Source of the DNA: Terriglobales bacterium
Lineage (GTDB): Bacteria > Acidobacteriota > Terriglobia > Terriglobales > Acidobacteriaceae
Assembly (NCBI GenBank): GCA_035604895.1
Contig: DATNHO010000037.1
Coordinates: 1 to 24,000, forward strand
Length of the DNA stretch: 24,000 nt
Direction of reading: 5' to 3'
Under the pieces are notes generated by a model. It was not told the origin of the DNA. It was given only the letters and a program-made list of their open reading frames with translations, and made no database searches. A program made the position numbers and the translations under genes. Shown here in pieces: positions 1 to 6,870 of the stretch; the stretch's first letter is position 1, and the number at the start of each line of letters is the position of its first letter.

Positions 1-1086
1 CTCGGGCAGTATCAGATCCTGGTGCAGTTGCCGGGCGTGGACGATCCGGCCCGGGTGAAGGAAATTATGCAGTCCACCGCCATGCTGGAAATCCGGCAAT
101 CGTTCGGTGGACCATACCCCAGCGAGCAGCAAGCCTTGCAGGATAAAGGCGGAGTGTTGCCTCCGGATCAGATGCTGATGCCGGGCCGCAGCGTTGGTAC
201 GAACGCTGGCGAAGGCGGGCAAGCCTGGTACCTGATATCGCGTGCATCGGCGGTCACCGGCCGCGACCTGCGCGCCGCCGACCAGTCGCGCGACGAGAAC
301 GGGCAGCCTTCGGTTAGTTTCACTCTGACTGGCGAAGGTGGCCGACGTTTCGCCAGCTTCACCGGCGCCCACGTCGGCGACAACCTTGCCGTCGTGCTCG
401 ACAATAAAGTGCAGGAAGTTGCCGTCATCAAAGACCAGATCCACGATCAAGGCGTAATCAATGGGCGCTTCACCGAGCAGCAAGCCAAAGACCTCGCCAT
501 GATTCTGCGCTCTGGCGCTTTGCCGGCCGGCATCAAATATCTGGAAGAGCGTACCGTGGGTCCGTCGTTAGGCAGCGATTCCATCCGCGCCGGAGTGACG
601 GCTGCGGTGATCGGCATGTTGGCCGTACTTATCTTTATGCTGGTTTACTATCACGCCGCCGGAATCAACGCGGACATCGCTTTGATTCTGAACCTGGTCA
701 TCCTGCTTGGCTTCCTTGGATTCAGCGGCGCGACTCTAACGCTCCCGGGAATTGCGGGAGTGATATTGACCGTCGGCATGGGCGTGGACTCAAACGTGCT
801 GATCTTTGAGCGCATCCGCGAGGAATTGCGCAATGGAAAAACGCCGCCCTCGGCAGTGGAGCAGGGCTTCGGCCATGCCTGGATTACGATTGTGGACACG
901 CACGTCACCACGATCGTTTCAGCAATCATTTTGTTCATCTTCGGCACCGGTCCAGTGCGCGGCTTCGCGGTCACGCTCAGCTTTGGTCTGTTTGCGAATC
1001 TGTTCACGGCTGTGTTCGTATCGCGTGTGATTTTCGACTGGTTGTTGAGCCGCAAGCAGCGCGGCGAAGCGTTAAGCATTGGGTAA
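1..1086 (+). CDS. secD: Protein translocase subunit SecD, C-terminal part (5' end lies upstream of the window)
   Basis: Frame 1 is open from base 1: LGQYQILVQLPGVDDPARVKEIM continues upstream of the first listed start at 22. A periplasmic head region is followed by six hydrophobic helices containing the SecD/SecF core motif GVDSNVLIFERIREE. secF follows immediately. Confidence 0.9.
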   Translation, partial: LGQYQILVQLPGVDDPARVKEIMQSTAMLEIRQSFGGPYPSEQQALQDKGGVLPPDQMLMPGRSVGTNAGEGGQAWYLISRASAVTGRDLRAADQSRDENGQPSVSFTLTGEGGRRFASFTGAHVGDNLAVVLDNKVQEVAVIKDQIHDQGVINGRFTEQQAKDLAMILRSGALPAGIKYLEERTVGPSLGSDSIRAGVTAAVIGMLAVLIFMLVYYHAAGINADIALILNLVILLGFLGFSGATLTLPGIAGVILTVGMGVDSNVLIFERIREELRNGKTPPSAVEQGFGHAWITIVDTHVTTIVSAIILFIFGTGPVRGFAVTLSFGLFANLFTAVFVSRVIFDWLLSRKQRGEALSIG

Positions 1087-1087
1087 A

Positions 1088-1209
1088 ACGTGTAGCCACG
1101 GACGCCTCGTCCCGGGCGCAGCGAGAAGGCGTTAATTGGAATTAGCGGGCAAATGAACACGTAGCGAGGCGGGCAGTTGAACCCGGACGAGACGTCCGGG
1201 GCTACGTGG
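1088..1209. repeat. Long imperfect inverted repeat (predicted RNA stem) in the secD-secF spacer
   Basis: By hand, 1089-1116 pairs with 1182-1208: 25 pairs including 2 G-U, with 2 mismatches, 1 bulge and a 65-nt loop. Each arm is itself palindromic: GGACG-cct-CGTCC at 1100-1112 and CCGGACG-aga-CGTCCGG at 1183-1199. Confidence 0.75.
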
Positions 1210-1240
1210 ACATCGCAAAAGAAAAGGAGTTCTAAGCGGC

Positions 1241-2449
1241 GTGGAATTTTTTCGCAATCCAAACATAGATTTCCTCGGCAAGAAGTGGTACTTCCTCGCT
1301 TTCTCGCTGGTCTTCAGCGTGGCCGGTGTGTTCTCCATGCTGTTCTGGCACCACATCCCTTACGGTGTCGACTTTCGTGGTGGCACGCTGGTTTACGTGA
1401 AGTTCGCCGAGACGCCGGATAACAACGCTATCCGTGCCTCGATGGACCGCGTGGGCCTCCACAACGCCCGGATCCAGAGCTACGGTTCGCCGGGCAGCAA
1501 CGAAGTGCTGATCGATGTTTCCGAACAGGAGACCAGCGAGCAGGCGCTCGACCGGAGCAAGACCCAGATCATTAACGCACTGGAAACCAATGCGCCCGCC
1601 GATAAGCAGGATCTGAACAACTCGAGTTTCTTGACCATTAAGAACTTCTTGCTGCAGAAGGACCCACTCCGCCTCGGGACCGACGCGGAACAGCGATACA
1701 CAGCCCAAGCCCAGGCAATCGTCAACTACCGCGACAAGGTAAAAAGTGGCGTGCTGCATTCCCTCGACGAACTGAAGGCGGCAGCCGATCCGGCGGTGGT
1801 GGCTTCCTTGTCAGATGGCTTCTTCCTTTCCGATTTCGGCGTACGCAACGTGGAAATCGTGGGTCCACAAGTGGGAGCGCAGTTGCGCAAGCAGGCCTTG
1901 CTGGCGACGGTTTACTCGCTGGCCGGGATGTTGGTTTATCTGGCCTTCCGCTTCGAATGGATTTACGGCGTCGCTGCAGTGATTACGGTGTTCCACGACA
2001 CCTTGATTACCGTAGGCGCATTTTCTTTGATGAACAAAGAGATTTCGTTAACCGTAATCGCCGCCATCCTGACCCTGATCGGCTATTCCAACAACGACAC
2101 CATCGTTGTTTTTGACCGCATCCGTGAGAACCTGAAGCTGATGCGGCGGGAGAAGCTATCGGACATCGTCAACCGCAGCATCAACCAGACCCTGAGCCGG
2201 ACCATCTTGACAGCGGGTTTAACATTCCTCACAGTCTTGGCTCTGTATCTCTTCGGCGGCGAAGTGTTGAAGGGCTTCTCGTTGGCCCTGGTAATCGGTA
2301 TCTTAATTGGGACCTATTCGTCGATCGCCATTGCGGCGCCGATTCTGGTGGCCTATCAGGATTGGCGGTCGAACCGCGACAGGCCGCAGGTGATGGTCCC
2401 GGTCGGCAAGGACGCAGGCCGCCGGGAAAAGGTGAAGGCTAAGGCCTAA
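1241..2449 (+). CDS. secF: Protein translocase subunit SecF (long form, 402 aa)
   Basis: GTG start at 1241 with GGAG at 1226-1229. The N-terminus MEFFRNPNIDFLGKKWYF is a canonical SecF start. The C-terminal half carries the 6-TM SecD/SecF core with NNDTIVVFDRIRE. It lies adjacent to secD. Confidence 0.9.
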   Translation: MEFFRNPNIDFLGKKWYFLAFSLVFSVAGVFSMLFWHHIPYGVDFRGGTLVYVKFAETPDNNAIRASMDRVGLHNARIQSYGSPGSNEVLIDVSEQETSEQALDRSKTQIINALETNAPADKQDLNNSSFLTIKNFLLQKDPLRLGTDAEQRYTAQAQAIVNYRDKVKSGVLHSLDELKAAADPAVVASLSDGFFLSDFGVRNVEIVGPQVGAQLRKQALLATVYSLAGMLVYLAFRFEWIYGVAAVITVFHDTLITVGAFSLMNKEISLTVIAAILTLIGYSNNDTIVVFDRIRENLKLMRREKLSDIVNRSINQTLSRTILTAGLTFLTVLALYLFGGEVLKGFSLALVIGILIGTYSSIAIAAPILVAYQDWRSNRDRPQVMVPVGKDAGRREKVKAKA

Positions 2450-2621
2450 AATACCGTTCCTGCCTTGAGGGCAGTATAAGTTTGTGATTGGCCGGGATTT
2501 GAGGTAGTATCGTCCGGTTTTCGATTTGGTGGCCGTAAAACATCATTGCCGGGAGCAAATCAAGGGCAGTCGGTGTCTAAAGGGTAGTAGGGTAGTTAGG
2601 GTCTGATGTAGGAGAAACCTT

Positions 2622-3362
2622 ATGTTTGAAGACAGCCTGATAGAGTCCGGTGGAAGACTCAAAACGAAGAGGGGCGTCTGGACTTTCCTCTCGTTTATTT
2701 TTGAGGCCGTACTGGTCGGAGTTTTGGTGCTGATTCCACTGCTGTTCACCGAGGCTTTACCCAAAACCCAGTTGATGACCTTTCTAGTGGCGCCGCCCCC
2801 GCCACCGCCGCCACCCCCGCCACCCGCCGCGGCTCCGGTCAAGATCGTGAAGCAAGTGCAGACCAATATCATCAACAACCAGCTGCGCACGCCCACCAAG
2901 ATTCCTGAGAAAGTCCAAATGATCAAGGAAGATGAAGCCCCACCACCGGTGATGTCGGCCGGCGTGGTTGGCGGCGTTCCCGGCGGCATCCCCGGTGGAC
3001 AAATGGGTGGAGTCATTGGCGGCATTATCAGCTCGACCCCGGTCGCCGTGCCCAAAGTCGCTACGCCGACCCGCGTTCGCGTGTCCCAGGGTGTGACCCA
3101 GGGGCTGCTGATCCGTAAAATTCAGCCGAACTATCCACCCTTGGCCCGGCAAGCCCGCATCCAAGGAAGTGTGCTGCTGCAAGCCGAGATCAGCAAGGAC
3201 GGAGCCATCGAGAACCTGCATCTGATCAGTGGTCACCCCATGCTGGCGCCGGCAGCGATCGAAGCCGTAAAGCAGTGGAAGTACAAACCGTATATTCTGA
3301 ACGGCGAGCCGGTCGAGGTGGAAACGCAGATTACGGTGAACTTCACCCTGTCCGGGGGATAA
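2622..3362 (+). CDS. tonB: TonB family energy transducer
   Basis: ATG 2622 has GGAG 7 nt upstream. It has an N-terminal TM anchor (VWTFLSFIFEAVLVGVLVLIPLL), a proline-rich spacer (run of 11 Pro) and a C-terminal TonB domain (YPPLARQARIQGSVLLQAEISKDGAIENLHLISGHPMLAPAAIEAVKQWKYKPYILNGEPVEV). Confidence 0.85.
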   Translation: MFEDSLIESGGRLKTKRGVWTFLSFIFEAVLVGVLVLIPLLFTEALPKTQLMTFLVAPPPPPPPPPPPAAAPVKIVKQVQTNIINNQLRTPTKIPEKVQMIKEDEAPPPVMSAGVVGGVPGGIPGGQMGGVIGGIISSTPVAVPKVATPTRVRVSQGVTQGLLIRKIQPNYPPLARQARIQGSVLLQAEISKDGAIENLHLISGHPMLAPAAIEAVKQWKYKPYILNGEPVEVETQITVNFTLSGG

Positions 3363-3578
3363 GCCCGAGGCAGCAAAGATTTTCTAATTGAAAGTGACTG
3401 AGCAGTTTGAGGACGAGCTGTGTTTCCCTGATCCCTAAGTACTTAGGCGATTCAGGAACGGGGCGGTTCGCGCAATTCAAGCCTTGCAGCTCGGCCTGTG
3501 ACTCCGAAAGCTTGCGCATTAAAGATCAGCAAAACGATTACCAGATTTTGAAGAGTTCCGAGGAGGAAAAAGCAACTC

Positions 3579-4334
3579 ATGCTCGCAGCCAATGTAGCAA
3601 CCCACACCCTAAGTCACATCTCCACCATGGCGGTCTGGATGTTCCAGGACCAACCGGTGGCCTGGGACCCGATCTCGCTATGGAAACAGATGGGATTCAT
3701 CGCGAGGACCGTGGTCGTTATTCTTTTCATCATGTCCGGCTGGTCCATCGGCGTAATGATTGACCGCGCCATGGCGTTTAGCGCGGCACGCAAGCAATCG
3801 CGAGCATTTGCTCCTGCGGTAGCTGGCGCCCTGCGTGACGGCAAGATTGACGAAGCTATCAAAGTTGCCGAGCGCAACAAGAAGAGCCATCTGGCGAAGG
3901 TCGTAACCGCCGGCTTGATGGAATTCCGTGCTCACCAGGAAAGCGGCGAGATTCCGGGCGAGACCATCGAAGCCTCGAAGCGCGCTTTGGAGCGCACCGA
4001 GGCTATCGTCCATGCCGAGCTTAAGCGCGGCTTGGGCGGCTTGGCTACGATTGGCTCAACTGCTCCCTTCGTCGGGCTGTTCGGCACGGTGATGGGCATT
4101 CTGAACGCCTTCAAAGGCATTTCAGAGCAGAAGGCCACCGGTCTGGGCGCAGTCGCAGGCGGTATCGCGGAAGCCCTTGTGACCACGGCCGTGGGACTGT
4201 TCGTCGCCATCCCGGCCGTTATGATGTTCAACTACCTGACCGGGCGCGTGGAAGCGTTCGACGTGGAGATGGATAACTCCTCGAGCGAACTGATCGATTA
4301 CTTCCTCAAGCGGCGGGGAGTGCGCCGGTCCTAG
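3579..4334 (+). CDS. exbB: MotA/TolQ/ExbB proton-channel protein
   Basis: ATG 3579 is preceded by GAGGAGG. It has three TM segments and the family signature region (LATIGSTAPFVGLFGTVMGILNAF ... AEALVTTAVGLFVAIPAVMMFNYL). It sits between tonB and the exbD genes. Confidence 0.9.
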   Translation: MLAANVATHTLSHISTMAVWMFQDQPVAWDPISLWKQMGFIARTVVVILFIMSGWSIGVMIDRAMAFSAARKQSRAFAPAVAGALRDGKIDEAIKVAERNKKSHLAKVVTAGLMEFRAHQESGEIPGETIEASKRALERTEAIVHAELKRGLGGLATIGSTAPFVGLFGTVMGILNAFKGISEQKATGLGAVAGGIAEALVTTAVGLFVAIPAVMMFNYLTGRVEAFDVEMDNSSSELIDYFLKRRGVRRS

Positions 4335-4476
4335 CTGGCTGAGCAGGATTGGTTTTCGACCTTGAGTTGCTGACCGGCGCCGGAGAATGTGCTTCGGCGC
4401 CGCGTCCTGACCTCCACGGGGCCGAGAGCCGGGTTGGTTAGCCGACGAGGATTCCGAGTGCGCAGGAGAGTGGATT

Positions 4477-4935
4477 ATGTCCCTTAACAAACGGAACGAA
4501 GGAGCCAAGGTCAACTCCGACATCAACGTGACCCCGATGGTCGACGTGATGCTGGTGTTGCTGATTATCTTCATGGTGATCACGCCCATGTTGCAGAAGG
4601 GCGTTAGCGTGGACTTGGCGAAAGTTAATAACCCGTCCCAGATGCCGGACGCGGACAAGGAAGACGCGCTGATCGTAGCCGTCATGCGCGATGGCCAGGT
4701 GTTTTTCGGTAACGATAAGACTCCACCTGACCAACTGACGCAAAAAGTGAAAGACCGTCTGGCCAATCGCATTGATAAGCGGGTTTTCGTCCGCGCCGAT
4801 GCCCGGGCTAAGTTTGGTTCGGTCGTGGCAGTCGTCGACAATGTCCGCGCTGCGGGCGTGGACCAGTTGGGTCTGCTGACTGATCAGAAGAAACAGGGTG
4901 CGACTCCGCCACCGCCGGCAACAGGCGGACAATAG
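4477..4935 (+). CDS. exbD: ExbD/TolR biopolymer transport protein (paralog 1)
   Basis: INVTPMVDVMLVLLIIFMVITP is the ExbD/TolR N-terminal TM motif. The periplasmic domain reads ...VFVRADARAKFGSVVAVVDNVRAAGVDQLGLLT. AGGAG lies upstream of the ATG. Confidence 0.9.
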   Translation: MSLNKRNEGAKVNSDINVTPMVDVMLVLLIIFMVITPMLQKGVSVDLAKVNNPSQMPDADKEDALIVAVMRDGQVFFGNDKTPPDQLTQKVKDRLANRIDKRVFVRADARAKFGSVVAVVDNVRAAGVDQLGLLTDQKKQGATPPPPATGGQ

Positions 4936-4946
4936 AGGAGCTTGAT

Positions 4947-5387
4947 ATGGGAATGACAGCTGGAGGCGGCGGCGGCCAAAGTGCCGTGATCAACGTGACG
5001 CCACTGATTGACGTGCTGCTGGTATTACTGATCATCTTCATGGTGATTACGCCTTTAACCCCAAAAGGACTGGACGCCCTTGTCCCGCAACCCCCGCCGC
5101 CGAACGCGCCCAAGAACAACACGCCGGATCGCACCATCGTGGTGCAGTTGATCGATCGCGGAGCGGGCCAGGATCCAGGGGTAAAGATCAACAATGAGGA
5201 CACAACCTGGGACGGTCTGCAGGGGCGCTTGACGGATATTTTCAAGACCCGCGCCGAGAAGGTGATGTTTGTCAAAGGCGACGATAATGTTCCGTTTGCC
5301 GATGTAGCCAATGTGATTGACATTGCGCATGCTGCAGGAGTAGACAAGGTTGGTCTGATTACGGCCAAGATCGAAGCCGGCGGCTAG
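4947..5387 (+). CDS. exbD: ExbD/TolR biopolymer transport protein (paralog 2)
   Basis: It carries the INVTPLIDVLLVLLIIFMVITP motif and the C-terminal stretch VMFVKGDDNVPFADVANVIDIAHAAGVDKVGLIT. GAGGAG lies just upstream of ATG 4947. Confidence 0.9.
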   Translation: MGMTAGGGGGQSAVINVTPLIDVLLVLLIIFMVITPLTPKGLDALVPQPPPPNAPKNNTPDRTIVVQLIDRGAGQDPGVKINNEDTTWDGLQGRLTDIFKTRAEKVMFVKGDDNVPFADVANVIDIAHAAGVDKVGLITAKIEAGG

Positions 5388-5533
5388 GCACGACAAGTTT
5401 TCATTTACAGAATTCAGATGCACCTGCCCGCGTGATCGCGAACCGGCTGCGCCCGGAGGCGGTTTACGCACTGGCAGGTGCGTCGCAGATTTGTCACATC
5501 CCGGGAATCCTGGTGAGGGAGACTTATAAAGCA

Positions 5534-6361
5534 ATGAAAAAGAGCGTGCGGGTGCTGGCACTCATGGCGGTCGGGTTAACCTTGCTGTCTGGCGCTGGCT
5601 GCGACAAGTTAAGGGCGCGCGACCAGTTGAACAAGGGAGTCGCGTCCTACAAGAACGCCCGGTATGAGGAAGCCATCGATCATTTTCAGCAAGCGGTCAC
5701 CCTGGATCCCAGCCTGCTGAATGCTCGTCTTTATCTGGCGACCGCTTACGCCCAGCAGTACATTCCCGGAGTCGATGCCGAAGACAATAACCGCCTGGGA
5801 CAGCAGGCCATTGACCAATACAAGGCAGTCCTTGAGCGCGACCCCAAGAGCATCAATAGCGTCAAGGGAATCGCCTACATCTATTTGCAGATGAAGAAGT
5901 TTGAAGACGCCAAGACCTTCTACCGCAAGGCGCTCGAAATCGATCCCAACGACGCCGAGCCGTATTACTCAGTGGGTGTGATCGACTGGACCCAGACGTA
6001 TCAGCCGCGCATGGAAGAACGCGCCAAGCTGGGTCTGAAGCCGGATGAGCAATTGAATCCCAAGGACAAGAATCAGAAAAAGGCCTGCGACGATCTCAAA
6101 CAAAAAAACTCGGCTAACATTCAAGACGGCATTGATGCGCTCAAGAAAGCCCTTGAACTACGAGCCGACTACGACGATGCCATGGCGTACATGAACCTGA
6201 TGTACCGCGAAAAAGCGGATGTGGAATGCGACGATCTAGCGGGGCGGGCTGCGGATCTGAAAACGGCTGATGAATGGGTCGACAAGACCATGGCTACCAA
6301 GAAAGCTAAGGCCGAGAAGCAGCCTGGCGCTCAGGGCATCACCATGGATCAGCCGAAGTAA
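5534..6361 (+). CDS. TPR-repeat lipoprotein, fifth gene of the Ton-type cluster
   Basis: I place the start at ATG 5534 (GGGAG upstream), which gives the signal peptide MKKSVRVLALMAVGLTLLSGAGC with a lipobox Cys. The GTG at 5432 listed in the ORF track would add 34 residues ahead of that signal peptide. TPR-like helical pairs are present (YEEAIDHFQQAVTLDPS, FEDAKTFYRKALEIDPNDAEPYYSVG, IDALKKALELRADYDDAMAYMNLMY). Confidence 0.75.
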   Translation: MKKSVRVLALMAVGLTLLSGAGCDKLRARDQLNKGVASYKNARYEEAIDHFQQAVTLDPSLLNARLYLATAYAQQYIPGVDAEDNNRLGQQAIDQYKAVLERDPKSINSVKGIAYIYLQMKKFEDAKTFYRKALEIDPNDAEPYYSVGVIDWTQTYQPRMEERAKLGLKPDEQLNPKDKNQKKACDDLKQKNSANIQDGIDALKKALELRADYDDAMAYMNLMYREKADVECDDLAGRAADLKTADEWVDKTMATKKAKAEKQPGAQGITMDQPK

Positions 6362-6444
6362 TGGATCAGCCAAAATAAAGATCAGCCAAAGTTAATGATC
6401 AGCCGAAATAAATAAAGCAGATCAACCAGATTAAATCAGCCAAA
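6344..6444. repeat. Degenerate tandem repeat of about 17 nt, six copies of (ATG)GATCAGCCRAA plus an A/T-rich spacer with stop codons
   Basis: The core GATCAGCCRAA occurs at 6347, 6364, 6380 and 6397. Degenerate copies lie at 6420 (GATCAACCAGA) and 6434 (AATCAGCCAAA). Copy 1 is the last five codons plus stop of the TPR gene. Confidence 0.8.
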
Positions 6445-6468
6445 AGCATCCCTGGGTAAGCGGCGACC

Positions 6469-6493
6469 GAGCCAGCCTGCATCCCGCTGGCTC
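6469..6493 (+). terminator. Candidate stem-loop terminator after the Ton/TPR operon
   Basis: GAGCCAGC (6469-6476) pairs with GCTGGCTC (6486-6493): 8 bp with a 9-nt loop. There is no clear U-tract afterwards, so function is uncertain. Confidence 0.35.
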
Positions 6494-6550
6494 TCACAAA
6501 GATACAAGCAACTCCACTGGCATAGCCCTCATCAATAAGGCTGCATCTCT

Positions 6551-6772
6551 ATGTACATTTTGACCCTCAATCCCGGCGAGTCCGCTTTCGTCCGTTGCAC
6601 TCGTTGCGAGAACCTGAACCTGATGGTGACCAACGAAAAAGAAAGCGATGTGTCCCTGCAGTTCAACACCAAAGACGATCAACTGGACGCTGAGTGTTTT
6701 CAGTGCAAACAGCACTATTTCTGGACTCCCGGCTCGGTCGCAATCGTAAAGTCCTCTGAAAGCGCAAATTAG
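6551..6772 (+). CDS. Small hypothetical protein (73 aa) with CxxC...CxxC, zinc-ribbon-like
   Basis: Cysteines fall as C16-x2-C19 and C49-x2-C52 (VRCTRCENL ... ECFQCKQHY). Third-position G/C bias looks coding. The overlapping antisense ORF 6494-6811 looks like random sequence. The SD is weak (AAGG), and I recognise no family. Confidence 0.45.
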   Translation: MYILTLNPGESAFVRCTRCENLNLMVTNEKESDVSLQFNTKDDQLDAECFQCKQHYFWTPGSVAIVKSSESAN

Positions 6773-6870
6773 CAACTCCCCCCTCGCTCCAGGACCAGTG
6801 CCTTCCGTCACATGATTCGAGTGCTCGTTCCCGGTAACATTAGACCTTCGCGTTGCCGGGAGATAAGCGC

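Noticed and set aside
651-1262. 203-aa minus-strand ORF overlapping the secD 3' half and the secD-secF spacer
   Set aside because: It is antisense to a confidently identified SecD frame. Its product is R/P/S-rich with no recognisable motifs, which is the typical shadow ORF of GC-rich coding DNA.
2460-2474. Short hairpin CTGCC-ttgag-GGCAG after secF as a terminator
   Set aside because: It has only 5 bp of stem and a weak T-rich tail. That is too weak to call as a feature.
2788-2835. Repetitive CCGCC-rich DNA that could look like a simple repeat
   Set aside because: It is simply the codons for the TonB polyproline spacer (and for poly-Gly on the antisense ORF 2543-3055). It is not an independent repeat element.
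3434-3447. Perfect 14-bp palindrome CCTAAGTACTTAGG between tonB and exbB
   Set aside because: About 1.5 such 7+7 palindromes are expected by chance in 24 kb. It has no loop, so no hairpin forms, and there is no supporting context.
3407-3763. 118-aa ORF in the tonB-exbB spacer that runs into exbB
   Set aside because: It overlaps the confident exbB frame by 185 nt, has no SD, and its product is low complexity.
4122-4932. Minus-strand ORFs of 239 aa and 164 aa across the exbB and exbD genes
   Set aside because: They are antisense to strong ExbB/ExbD frames and have low-complexity R/S/T-rich products. No start signals are present.
5432-5533. GTG 5432 as the start of the TPR gene (the ORF-track start)
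   Set aside because: It would place 34 non-hydrophobic residues ahead of a perfect lipoprotein signal peptide, and it lies inside a predicted RNA stem. ATG 5534 has a GGGAG SD.
6494-6811. 105-aa minus-strand ORF overlapping the CxxC small ORF
   Set aside because: It has no motif, SD or signal. The plus-strand frame has paired CxxC motifs and a better codon bias. Neither ORF is certain.
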